A stretch of 64,000 nt of DNA from the human T2T-CHM13v2.0 reference genome, Homo sapiens. The notes below the pieces were generated by a model. The model was not told where the DNA came from and searched no databases. It saw only the letters and a program-made list of their open reading frames with translations. The translations under genes and the position numbers were made by a program. Below, piece by piece: positions 39,721 through 52,676 of this stretch. The stretch lies in assembly GCF_009914755.1 (NCBI RefSeq), contig NC_060944.1; one strand, 5' to 3'. Each line of letters begins with the position of its first letter. Within the stretch, counting starts at the first letter, position 1.

Positions 39721-40472
39721 ATGAGTTATGATGTCCATTTTAGAAGTAAGGCCACTGAGGCTCAGAGAGGCAAGGAGTTTGGTCCACTATCATATAGCTA
39801 GGTAGCTACTTAAAATGAAAATTATCTCCCTTCTAAGGTCCAACTTGACCTTTTCCCTGAAACTACTCATTGCTCATCCCATCCCAGCAGAAATTACTGT
39901 TCCCTTATCATCTTGTCTATACTTTAGTTAAGATGTTTGTCATGCTGCATTGTAATAACCCTTTCACCTGTCTGTCTCCTCTGATCAACTGTGAGCCTTT
40001 TCTCAAGTGCCTAACACATTGCAAGGAATTAGCAAATGCTTGTTTCCTCTCCTTCGTGCTCCCTGCAAGCACAGTCCACGAGACAGGTAAGTGCTCTATC
40101 AAGTTGCATTGAACTACAAAGTAACTCTAGAAATGAAATTGTTCTCAGGAGAACAGAGGCAATAGCCAATGCAGAAATGGAATTCCAGGCAGGAGAACTG
40201 GTTATGAAAAGGCACAGACGTAGGTTTTGAGGGAACCCCCAAGGAATTGTGTATGTGCAAATGGGCAGCAGTGAGAGATGATGCTGGAGAGTTGAGTAGG
40301 AACCAAACCATGAAGGTCTCCAGGCCAAGGAATGGCATTGCCACAGTGCACACAGGGAAGGACTTTTCCAAAAGCTTCAGTAGGTCCAGATGAGCCATCA
40401 GGACTTCGAGTGGGAGAAGATGCTTCTGCCCAGAACAAAGTCATCCAAGCTCAGAAGGAGATATGCAGTGCT

Positions 40473-40664
40473 AGACTCTTGAGCAGATGACAACCCCACT
40501 GAGCTCATTAGGTAGGAAAAGCAAGGTTCAAAACAGTAAGCAGTATGTACCTTTTTGTGTAAAAAGGGAAGGAGGTGAGAATATATTTGTGTGAGCTTAC
40601 ATTTGCATAAAGAAACTGTAGCTAGTCACTGAGCTCAGTGGGATTGTCATCTGCTCAAGAGTCT
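40473..40664. repeat. 35-bp inverted repeat (34/35) with 122-bp spacer
   Basis: agactcttgagcagatgacaaccccactgagctca (40473-40507) vs tgagctcagtgggattgtcatctgctcaagagtct (40630-40664). Confidence 0.95.
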
Positions 40665-40999
40665 TCCAGCCCAAAGCTGGCAGTTTCTGTGATCACTGAT
40701 CACTGTGCGTCTCTAAGGTGGACAAAGCTCCCCATGCACCACATTCTAGGAGGGAAGGGGAAGAATTAGGACATTCTTGTGGTTGCTCAAAGCTCAGAAA
40801 AGGAATTAAGAACCAATGAAACAGAATCTCTTAAAAAGAGAAGTTGACACTCAGCAGCAGCCTGGGCAGGACTTATATCACTGAAAAGGAGGGCAAAGGG
40901 CTCACATCAGCTTTGTTCCCATACTCTATAGCTACAAATGGCAATGTCCAATCAGAAATACAGGGTGAAAACTATTTATTAACAAAAGTTTAGGTTTAC

Positions 41000-41790
<791 letters not shown>

Positions 41791-41812
41791 TTGTGGAACA
41801 GAGAGTCTAGCC

Positions 41813-42010
41813 CTGTGCTATTCAATATGGCAGCCACTGGCCACATGTGATTATTTAAATCTAAATTAAATCCAATTAAAAACTCAGTTCCTCAGTCTCC
41901 CTAGTTGAATTTCAAGTGCTCAATAGCCACATGTGCTAGTGACAACTATACTAGACAAAGCAGATATAAAACATTTCCACCAGCATAGAAAGCTCTATTG
42001 GAGAGAGCTG
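41813..42010. mobile_element. MER3 (hAT-Charlie)
   Basis: gctattcaatatggcagccactggccacatgtg...tcagttcctcagt...ttcaagtgctcaatagccacatgtg...ctattggagagagctg. Confidence 0.88.
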
Positions 42011-42019
42011 CTCTACACT

Positions 42020-42715
42020 CAAGAGAGGACAAAAAGGCAATACACAAAATAACTAAGTACAGTATGTTAGAGGAAGGTATCTGCTATAGAAACAGATCAC
42101 AGTAAGGGAGCCAGGGAGTACTGGGGTGGGGAGGGTTTACCATTTGGATAAGGTAGCCAGGAAAGGTGTCTGCTAAAGTGACATTTCAACAGTGACCCAT
42201 AGGAAGAAAGGAAGCAAACCATGTAGATTATCTGAAGGAAGAGAGCTCCAGGAAAAGGGAACAGCAAGTCCAAAGGCCCTGAGGCCGGAGTGTGTCTGGC
42301 GTGTTCAAAGAAGAGCAAGGAGACTAACATGGCTAGAGTAGCATGAGAAGGTTAGAAAGAGCTAGGCAATGCAGAGATAGGCAATGCAGCCAGAGAGAGG
42401 ATACTGTGAGATCATGTGGGGCCTTATAAAGCCATTGAAAAGACTTTAGCTTTTACTCTGAGCGAGACAGGGAAGAATTACAGTTTTGAGTAGAATGCTG
42501 TTATCTGATTGACATTTTTACAAAGTACTTTGTGACTCAGTTGAGAATAGATTGTAGAGTAGATGGAGGACAAAGGAGAAAGCTAGGAGGCCAGAGAGGA
42601 CAGTGATGTGATAATACAGGGGAGAGACGTGGGTGGCATGAGCCCTGGTGATGAAGGTGGTGAAAAGTGATTGGATTCTGGATATAGTTTGAAAGTGAAG
42701 CCCATAGGACTTACA
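42020..42715 (-). mobile_element. L2 LINE fragment
   Basis: gaacagcaagtccaaaggccctgaggccggagtgtgtctggcgtgttcaaagaagagcaagg...ttggattctggatatagtttgaa. Confidence 0.88.
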
Positions 42716-43049
42716 GGCATGGTTGCAAACAATGTGAAGTGTTACAGAGAAAAAGCACAGGGATACTGTGTATCACTGGTGAGTAGAGGCTGCTTTTCTA
42801 AGAAAGCGACCTTGGGGCCAAAATCTGAGATCCAAGTAGGAGTTAATTTGATAAAGATTTTACAGATTCCCTGTCTAGTCATCTGCAGCCTCCTGACAAT
42901 GAGAGGAGGGGAGGGAACGGAATGGGAGAGGAAGAGGCTGCCTTCTCCTGGGAAAGGGGAAAACTTTGCTACAAAAAGCTGGAAACAGCCCAAAGAGTCA
43001 TGTTTTGTTAGATATGTATCTGCAACCCAAACAGCTTTGCTCTTATGGG

Positions 43050-43860
43050 CCTGTTTGTCATAGATCAGTTAGTGGGTAGATTGCTTCGGCTGGAAATGGA
43101 GATTTAGACAATGCCAGAGTGGATAATGGTGCCCGAACGCTGTCAGGCGCTAATCAGGACTCGGCAATGACTCTGCTGTGCAGATTGAAGTGCGAGCATT
43201 TGGAGTTATTACTCAAGGCTTGTCTCTGCAATTAGATGATTGCATAACCTTAATATGATCAATCTTGCCGGATGTGAATTGTGCAGCTGTAACCACAAAA
43301 TAAGGTGGCATTTCTGTTTTCTTGTTGAACACAAACATTATATATGCGCAAGTCATAATTTTATAACGGTCGCTTTTGGCAAGAAAGAGCTTTGTCAGTC
43401 AGAAGATGCAGTTGAGGGGAAAAAATATATATATATGCAATACAAGTGCTTAAAGAGGCGGTCATAATGTCAGGCTTCGCCTTGGGAAATATTGCTTTGC
43501 GGGTTTTGCATCTTCTCCTTTTTTCCTTTGTACACATCAATTTTGAGGCCAGGAAGTTGGGAAACTTGGAGCTCATATTGAGCCCTCCCGGGACAACACA
43601 GCTTTGCACTCGCACATGCACCACGTTGAGAGTCATAGGGAATCAGCTTGATATTCATCAGCAATTGCACATCACACCCCGTTCATCAAGCCTCATTGTT
43701 CAGTGGGGACGTGAGCTACGACTTAGGCTCTTCAGATTCGAGATCCTTGCAGAAATCTTAGCCCGCCCCCCAAGGCCCGGCTTGAGGGACTACAGGGACA
43801 CAGCCCTCAAATGCCCTTTCCACCTCACAGGCTCAGGGTGCGTCGGAGGGGATGAGACGG
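43050..43860. promoter_or_regulatory. Candidate strongly conserved non-coding element / enhancer
   Basis: Repeat-free ~0.8 kb with ~25 CpGs at moderate GC; TAAT/ATTA, TGTCAG, AACCACA and CATTGTT motifs. Confidence 0.55.
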
Positions 43861-44138
43861 ATGAGGGGACCAATGCTGAGAATGTCAAGATTTCTCTTCT
43901 GACTCTGGCCCAATTTGCAGGGGGCACAGAACTCTGAGAAAGGAAAAAAAACCTAGAGGTTAAGAGTTGTTTTGTTATGGGTCGTAGCTTAATCTTGTGA
44001 AAGGAGAGAGAGAGAAAGAGACGGAGATGGGGTGGGAAGAAGGGAGCAAGGAGATACATTTAAGAATAGCGCAGTGTGATGGGATGTCCAGAGATGAAAC
44101 CTAGTGGCCAAATAAGTGAATGCCTAAGATTAGGTGAG

Positions 44139-44141
<3 letters not shown>

Positions 44142-44180
<39 letters not shown>

Positions 44181-44238
44181 AGAGAAAAAGAAAGAGAGGA
44201 AGTGGGAGAAGGAGGGGGAGAGAGAGAGAGAGAGAGAG
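44142..44238. repeat. (GT)19 microsatellite followed by GA-rich tract
   Basis: gt repeat at 44142-44179; purine tract at 44181-44238. Confidence 0.97.
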
Positions 44239-44299
44239 TATTTACCAATAGCATCTGACCAAGACTGTAATTTCATGGCTGCAACTAATGACAAAGTCA

Positions 44300-44735
44300 A
44301 GTGTCGAAGGCTTAGTTCTCGAGGAGACAGACCCTGAGATACAGATTTGAATACAAGTTTATCGGGGAGTGCTCTTGGGTCCACATCTACAGGGAAAGGC
44401 AGCAGGAATGGGCAGAGGGAGAGACAGACAGCAATGCAGTCACAACAGGGCAGTCACAGCTGATCCCAAGTAGAACTCTAAAGCTGGACGATCCGTTAAA
44501 GCCATCCCAAGTTAGGGTAAGTGGGTCAGGTTGTTATAGCCCTACCTTGACCGGTCATTGGATGTGGGCTGACCTGGGAAGGAGTGTGACCTTGGATGCT
44601 AGGACGGTCTTCAGCCAGGGCAATTTCTACAGAGGGCTGACAGCTGAGAGCTATCAGCTGACCACTTTCCAGCAGCTGGTAGAATCAGTCCTTCGTTCCT
44701 GAATGAGGGGTCTGGGCAGTGTAGTAGAGCATCCT
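44300..44735 (-). mobile_element. LTR16-like ERVL LTR
   Basis: cagaccctgagat...tttatcggggagtgctcttgg...gtcattggatgtgggctg...gtgaccttgga...gagggctgacagctgag. Confidence 0.75.
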
Positions 44736-45224
44736 CAATAACAAGTAAAGGATTTGAGGGCAAGGAGAAATAAAATTGAGTGGAAGCCAGTGAATGACCT
44801 AAGGTATGAAAGAATCAAGTGTAGGCCAGGAGGCTGATGTTCAGGCTGGAGGAGCCAATGCACTGCTGGGTTCCAAGACAGAGGCAGCCTCAGCTTGGGT
44901 CCCTTCATTCCAGGCCCCAGTTCCCCCAAACCAACCACCTGTCTCACTTGCCAAATGGCCAAGCTGAGTGAAAGCAAACATCTAGGAGGCAGGGCCTGAA
45001 CAGGAGGCACCCCATACAATCAGCATCACCATCTGACAGCTCACATTTGCAGTGCACCCAGCATGTTCAGGACTCTGTGCTACACACCATAAGGTCACTG
45101 CTGTCACTACCAACTTTCAGGACAGGCTTAGGAGGTAGAAACCTTCAAAAGGCCCACTGGAGTCAGAGACATTGTTGGGATCCCTCATAACCAGTGGGTG
45201 CCCAACCTTGTCTCCAACTCTCGC

Positions 45225-45715
45225 TTCTCTCCAGAGCTCCAGGTGCATTTTCCTGAAGGACCCCCCTGCTTGGATGTGTGAAGGACTCTCGAACTCCCAT
45301 GTCCTAAACTGCCCCACTCATCTTCCTCCCTCAAACCTGGGCATTCCTCCTGTTCTGTGTTTCAGTAAATGGCACTGCCATCCACCTCACTGCACAGGGC
45401 AGAACGTGTCATCTGTGACTCCAGCTCCCTCTCACACCCCCACACCCAACATGTCCTATGGGTTCTACCTCCCTCACAGGTCTAGAATCCAGATACCTCC
45501 CTCCACAACCAGTAAGCCTCCCTTCTCTCCAGGAAGCAATTCTCCCAGTTAAATCTTCCTGCCTTCAAACTTATTTGCCTCCTCCAATATCCTCTCTTTG
45601 GGGAGCCAGAAGATCTTTCTAAAATGTGAGCCAGATCACAACTCTCCTCTATGTAAAACCCTTCTACATCTGCTCCATTGTCTTCAGGATAAAGTCCAAA
45701 TGGTTTCCCACAGCA
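45225..45715 (+). mobile_element. L2 LINE fragment
   Basis: cttggatgt...cagtaaatggcactgccatccac...gccagaagatctttctaaaatg...caggataaagtccaaa. Confidence 0.7.
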
Positions 45716-45821
45716 AAACTATCTCTCTGAAGCCTCATTTCTAGATATCCTCTCTCCTCGCCCTGCATCCCTCCCTCTTCACCATAGCCTGTACACACAC
45801 AGGTACTTAGACTCTATCTCG

Positions 45822-46135
45822 TTGCTGTCCAATCCCGAGTCCATGAGACACACAGAGCAACTGGGCACGTTGAAATGTGCCTAGTCTAAATCAAACGGTA
45901 CTGTAAGTGTAAATGTCCCTGGATTTTGGGTCCCTGTAAGTAAAATGGTCCCTGGATTTTGAACACTCAGTATGAAAACAAAGAATGCAAAATATCTCCA
46001 CTGGGAATTTTTTACTGATTACATGTTTCAATGATGATATTCAGACTAATTTATATTCACATTTGATTAATCAATTTCACTTGTTTCTTCTTACTTTTTT
46101 AAATGTGTGGACACTAGAAATGTTGTTTTTAATGT
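45822..46135 (-). mobile_element. MER33 (hAT-Charlie)
   Basis: gctgtccaat...ttgaaatgtgcctagtc...ctgtaagtgtaaa...gattacatgtt...aatttcacttgtttc. Confidence 0.8.
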
Positions 46136-46156
46136 GCAGGTTCTTATTATCCCTGG

Positions 46157-46755
46157 GTTTTTTATTTTTATTCTTTATTTTTGTGGATACATAGTAGATG
46201 TATATATTTAGGGGGTACATGAGATGTTTTGATACAGGCATGCAATGCATAATAATTATGTCATGGAAAATGGGGTACCCATTCCCTCAAGCATTTATCC
46301 TTGTGTTACAAACAATCTAATTATACTCTTCATTATTTTAAAATGTACAATTAGATTATTATTGCCTATAGTCACTCTGTTGTACTATCAAATAGTAGGT
46401 ATCATTCATTCATTCTAACTATTTTTTGTACCGTTAATGATCCCCACCTCCCACTTCAACCTCACCACTACCCTCCTCCACCTCTGGTAACCATACTTCT
46501 ATTCTCTGTCTCCATGGATTCAATTGTTTTGATTTTTAGATCCCACAAGTAAGTGAGAACATGCAATGTTTGTCTTTCTGTGCCTGGCCTATTTCACTTA
46601 ACCTAATGACCTCCAGTTCCATCCTGTTGTTGCAAATGACTGAATCTCATTCTTTTTTATGGCTGAGTAGTACTCCATTGTATGTAAGTACCACATTTCC
46701 TTTATCTAATTCATCTGTTGATGGACACTCAGGTTGCTTCCAAATCTTGGCTATT
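46157..46755 (-). mobile_element. L1MA-like (L1MA2/3) 3' end
   Basis: gatacatagtag...ggggtacatgagat...tcaagcatttatcc...aagtgagaacatgcaatgtttgtctttctgtgcctggc. Confidence 0.9.
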
Positions 46756-47326
46756 GGAACACCAGAAATTTTTTAATGACAAGTGTAACCCACATTCCAT
46801 CTCTATTGGATGGTGTTGGAAGAGCATCCTGCCATTCCATCAATACCTAGGAGTTTTCTCAGCTCAGGGAGCAAGAAATTCCCCTAAGAATTTAAATTGA
46901 CCTAAAGTAAATTATATTTCAGAGCTTTAGCCTCTGTCTTTATACGGTTAAGAGGTAGCCAGCAATGGGGCCTTCCCTTTTCAGGCACTGGTAAGCCCTG
47001 GCCAGACTAAAAGCAGAAGGAACCAAAGAGAGGCTACAGAGTTCTACACAAAAATTTCAAGGGCTGTCCGCTCTGTGAGCCAGGAAAGCTGTGCAGCATG
47101 TGCTGGAATGAGGAAAGAGCTAGGCAGTTGTATCTCTGAGAATTACTAGTTGTTGGTAGATGAGGGTTATGTGGGAGTGGGTGTGGCGTTCATGGGGGTG
47201 GGAGTGGGGAATTCAGTGTCCTCAGATCAGGGATATGGGGTTGCCTGAACATGGGGAGTAGCTGGTACTGGACTCTAGAGAGACTTAAAGAGAATGACTT
47301 TTTTCTCTTACAAGAAGTAAGGAATA

Positions 47327-47676
<350 letters not shown>

Positions 47677-48169
47677 TTAGAAGCCCCCTCAGAGCACCCT
47701 TCTTATTATTGATACACTATTCTTTCTGGAACTCCCTGGACAGTCACACTTTACATAATTTTAAATATTTTATCCTATGTTGCTATTTCTGTCCGGTTCC
47801 ACCAACACTTCAGTAAAGCCTACCATCCTCTGATAGCCTTGTAACGGGGGCAGGTGAAAAGGAACGGAGTTACAGAGAGCAGGAAAGGGAAGAATGGTCT
47901 CCTCGCTCTGGCGCCCCGCATTGATACAGACACACCTCTCAGACTCCAGGGATGAGCAGGGGTCCATGGCACAGCCGGGAGCAGCCAGGAGGAGCCCTGA
48001 GCAGGGAGCTGCAAATGAATGGGACGCTGGGAGCAGCTGCCAGGCAAACCTCGGCTTCCTCGTCTACCCTGGAGAAAACTGATCCTGGAAGGGAGACCAG
48101 CTCTTACCCCATCCTGCTGCCTCTTCTGCATGGACTGCCCTTCCTTCCCTGGCTGCCACCTCTCTCACT

Positions 48170-48425
48170 TGTCTTCGGGACTCAGTTGAGACATCACCTT
48201 TTCCAGGAAGTCGCCACAGATGCCCTCAGTCTGGGTGAGGTGCTCTTCCTCAACATTTTTTAATAACCACTCCTGACTCCACTGTCACCGTCTGCCTGCT
48301 TGACTCACTTCCTCAACAGTGAGCACCTTGAGGGTAGGAAGCATAACTTTGTCATCCCAGTGCCCAGCTCAGGCTCTAATACATAGTAGGTCCTCAGCAA
48401 ACATTTGCTGAGTAAATAAATGACA
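48170..48425 (+). mobile_element. L2 LINE 3' end
   Basis: catcaccttttccaggaag...gtgagcaccttgagggtagg...acatagtaggtcctcagcaaacatttgctgagtaaat. Confidence 0.75.
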
Positions 48426-49149
48426 CCAGAGAGATATTGGATAAAAGAGGAGCATCCCCCTCTTCACCCCCCATCTGAGATTCAGCTTGCCCTGGCTCCA
48501 AGAAACTTCTGGTTTCCAGCTTGACTGTCTCCATTTTCAAGAAATATCCCCAATCTATCCAAAGCCCTAGGACAGAAGTCGATGATGGGCATATGTTTGA
48601 AAGCCCTCTGATGAGAGAGTTTTTCCTAATTCTTCTATCATTTAAACAAACTGGGATCCTGATTGATAGAGGAACCATTTTTACAAAGACTGGGAAAAAT
48701 GGCTTTTAATATCAGTTTTTAAGAAAGAAAGTATAGCCTCTATAAACTGTTAAACTTCACTTTATTGACCATAAATCTGTATTTTGCTCAATGCAAAAGT
48801 TTTTCATCTCGTACAGAAATATGCTGAAACAGCGACAACTGCTGAAATCAAGAAGTTTTCTCTTACGAACAATTTATATGAAAAAGTTATTGAATTTCTG
48901 GTTAGGGAGGCCAGGCCAGGCATCTTGTGGCTCCCCCTCAGGGCCAGGCCAGCGGGTGCCAGACATGACCCATTGCTGATCAATGTCAAGAGAAAATTAA
49001 CCAATTGTAAGTCTATTAAGTTGTGGGCTCCAGGGATTTCAGAGCCCAGAGCAAAGACATGTTTCTCCCTGAGGACCTTAAACTGAGGCTTTCTTTGCTC
49101 AGCCAGCCTTTCTGCCAAGAAAAGGAAAGAAAGAGATAACATTGGAGAG

Positions 49150-49395
49150 CCTCTACCAGCTGCTAGGTGCTTTCACAAGTATTGTCTTATTTAACCCCAG
49201 CAGGTAGGCTTTATCGGCCACATTTTACAAATGAACAAATGCAAAATTAGAGAGGTTAAGAATTTATTCAAAGCCTCACAGCTTGTAAGTTACTAATTAC
49301 TTTCTCTGAGCCTCAGTTTCCCCATCCATAGAATAAAGCTGGAAGTGCTTAGCCCACGACTGGCACAGAGTAGGTACTCAGGAAATGTTTGCTAG
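49150..49395. mobile_element. Two abutting MIR fragments (- then +)
   Basis: cattttacaaatga...agaggttaag; ctctgagcctcagtttccccatc...taggtactcaggaaatgtt. Confidence 0.7.
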
Positions 49396-50079
49396 CCTCC
49401 TAAAATCAGAAAAGTGCAAAGCAGTGTTTTGAAGATAAGTTTGGGTGACTTTAAGACTCATATTCTTTCCCTGCAGAACTTGCCTTTTTATCAGTCTCTC
49501 TGAAACCAATCACCTTCAGAAAGTGGGATAATTATATCTCCTGTGTACACATGGGACAAAGGAGCAATATTTTATATTTACAAAAAAAGTCAACAAAAGA
49601 ATGGACACTTTTACAAGGACCTAGCAGGTTCCTTCAAAGTACTTCCTCCTACATATTCCAGTGCCAGAAATTTCACAATTAGAGCTATACACTCTTGAGT
49701 TAAGGCGTTATCTCATGTAAAAGTGAAAATATTATTGGTCGAGTTAAGATTTTCTTAAAGTCATCATATCGGAGCTGTTAAGAGTCCCCAGAAGTATGCA
49801 GTGCAAGAAGAACATACAACGTACGTCCAGTAAGCCAAGTCCTACTGATTGGTTGTCCCTGCCTGGAAGGATGTGTTGAAAAAGATTCTGAGGTAGAATC
49901 TAGGCTCCGTGGGGAAAAGTGTAGCATTCTATCAGTAAGGTCTGCTTTAGGCAGGAGAGCAACTTGGCAGAAAGGTTTATGAAAACTCTTTAACTGTCTA
50001 CTACCTTCCACTCTCTCCTTTCCTCTTGCCACCTCGCAGAGATACAGTCCTATTATCCCCCAGTTCAATACCCTTCAAT

Positions 50080-50512
50080 TTACCTGTAGGACAAAATACA
50101 CAGCCCTTCATGGCTGCTCCTGCCTCTCTCTCTAGCCTCACCATCTATCACTCCCTTCATATGTTACACCCTAGCAGCACCGAACTACTTTAATTTACCC
50201 CATACACTTTGTGTTTTTCAGACCGCTCTACCTAGAACAGCTTTTCTCAACCTGCCCAAGTGGCAAACTCCTACTCAGCCCTCAAAACCTAACTCAAGAG
50301 TCAACCCTGTGAAGCCTTCCTTTACTCCCCCAGTAGACTTAGGTTCTTCTTCTCCAATGCCCCACTGCACATTGTACATTCCCAAATAAAGCCTTTGTTG
50401 CACTGCTAGACTGTGAGCCTCTTACAGAACACAGCATCTAATTTTCCTCTGTGCCTTGATCATGCAGCTCAGAACCTAGGACAATAAATTTTTGTGTGAA
50501 TGAATGAATTGA
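50080..50512 (+). mobile_element. L2 LINE 3' end
   Basis: gcaaactcctactca...gaagccttcc...ctagactgtgagc...aataaatttttgtgtgaatgaatgaa. Confidence 0.75.
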
Positions 50513-50599
50513 TGAAGAAATAATTTTCCCTCCACAATGCATATGCTTGTTCATCAACCTTTGAAACCACACTGACCTTTCAACTATACACATAATTCT

Positions 50600-51290
50600 T
50601 TGACAAACATTAATGGAGGTATTGCTAGGTACAAGGAGTGATAGAAACAGACACAATTATTGCCCTCATGGTGCTTATAGTCTAGTGGGAAAGATAGGTA
50701 ATATATGGGAAACAGCCAAATAGATATGTAATTACAAAATAAGAAAGATGGAATGAGGATGAACACAGCACTGTGATGTGGATCATTTAGCTGGAATGTT
50801 GGAGAAGATAATAAGAACAGATTTGCAGGATGGAAAGGAGCCAGCTGTGGAAACTGGGGGAAAAGGATTCTAGGCACACAGAAAAGATGTGCCAAGTTTT
50901 CAAGGCAGTAAGAGCTTGATGTGGCTGACGCTGAAAGGATGCCATGGAGGCTGGAGTGTAGTGAAGGAAGGGAAGAGGAGCTTGGAATAAGGCTGGAGAG
51001 AGAGGAAGCAGCCCGATCATGCAAGGCCTTATAAAAGTAAGAAGTTTGGATTTCATGCTGAGGGAAATCGGGAGCCATGGAAGGGATTTGAATCCCTGGT
51101 TCATTTACTCATTCAGTAAACATTGGCTGATGTATGCTGTGTCCAGATGCTGGGCTCAAAGCTGCCTTTGAAGAACTCTCAGGTCAGAGGAGTAGGCACA
51201 GCAGAAAGCCATCACTAGCGAACATGGTGGTAAATGCTGATTAAAGCCTATCCTAAACCAGCCAAGAGGGATTGGGGAAGCTTTCTCAGA
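50600..51290 (-). mobile_element. L2 LINE fragments
   Basis: gtattgctagg...tgccctcatggtgcttatagtctagtggg...gggagccatggaaggg. Confidence 0.75.
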
Positions 51291-51348
51291 GCATATGACA
51301 AAGGCACTGATCCTACAGAACGCACAGAAGCATTTCAAGTGAACAATG

Positions 51349-51546
51349 CAGTGGTGAGCTGGTGCCAGCTAATACCTGCTTGAGAGAACCCAATTATGTG
51401 TATTTCTCCAACTCTCGTTTAGGGACAATAAGTTGAAAGCTTGAAATTGACCATGGTGGAAGCATTTACACCTGGGAAATTGGAAAACGCTACAAATTGG
51501 GGTGGGCTTCTTTGCTTGTTTGTTCGTTTGTTCCAGCACACCAGTG
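51349..51546 (+). mobile_element. MER63A-like (hAT-Blackjack)
   Basis: TIRs cagtggtgagctgg ... ccagcacaccagtg; internal agcttgaaattgaccatggtggaagcatttacacc...acgctacaaat. Confidence 0.82.
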
Positions 51547-51679
51547 GGGGTAAGCATTAATAGTACCGGGAAGATTTTTGATGTGCATAATATGGAGCAC
51601 AGAGGAAGGTAAGGATAAAGTCAAAGGCCGTGGGAGTACATTCCTGGGACAAAAAGAGATCTTTTGAGTAACAGGAAGG

Positions 51680-51860
51680 CAAATCCAAAAGACCTGATTT
51701 GGGATCCTAGATTTGCCATTTTCCAGTGGATCATCTTAGCAAATCATTTCATCTCTTTCAGCCTCAGTTTCTTCATCAGTAATGAAGATTCAACAATATA
51801 TTATCTATAAAACACTTAGCACAGTGCCTGACGCATAGTAAGTGCTCAACATGAATATTA
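51680..51860 (+). mobile_element. MIR SINE
   Basis: agcctcagtttcttcatc...acacttagcacagtgcctgacgcatagtaagtgctcaa. Confidence 0.82.
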
Positions 51861-52641
51861 GTCTATGATTTTTTATTAAGTATTTCCAGGATAAGAAGAC
51901 AAACATTGGCATCAATTAAGGGAAAATCTTCTAATCACATCTGTCCGTGAACGCAGACTGGAAAAGGCCAGTCCTCTGAAGAGAAATGGTTTACAAAAAC
52001 CTCAAAATTTAAATTTTAAAAACCCTCAAAATTGAAATGCCCATGTGAAAGAGCAGAAGATGGAATTAAATGACAGAAATATATGTAACTTTCTCAGCAC
52101 AGTTGCCGGCAAATAGTAACTTTTTAGTAAATTGCAATAGTGGTGGTTCTTATTTTCAGATGGGTAAAAGTGAAGAGCTCAAATGTAAAGAAATCAAACT
52201 TGAATTTGAAAAGGAGAAAAAAATGACTGTCTATATTAAAGTATAATTTTACATAAAAGGAAATCTATCAATTTCACTGGTAAAATTAGATGAAATTTGA
52301 CAAATGAATACAGTCATGTAAAAATCACCAAAATCAAGATATAAAACATTTCAATCAAACCAAGAGGTTATCAGTCCCCACCAAGAGGCCCCTGGAAACT
52401 GCTGATCTTCTTTCTATCTCTACAGCTTTGACTTTTGTAGAATTTTATATAGATAGAATTATAAAGCACATTCTCTACTATGTATGGCATCTTTCACTCA
52501 GCATAAAGCTTTTGGGATTCATTCATGTTGCTGCATTTGTCATTCAGTTTAGTTGCTGAGTAGTATTCCATTGTGTGGATGTACCATAATTTGTTTATTT
52601 ACCACCTGGTGGATATTTGGGTTGTTTCCAGTTTGGGAGGT

Positions 52642-52676
<35 letters not shown>

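Noticed and set aside
40473-40664. Possible pre-miRNA hairpin
   Set aside because: The 122-nt loop is far too large for a Drosha/Dicer substrate
43446-43937. 163-aa ORF overlapping the candidate conserved element
   Set aside because: Non-ATG start, no splice or domain support; the region is better explained as regulatory
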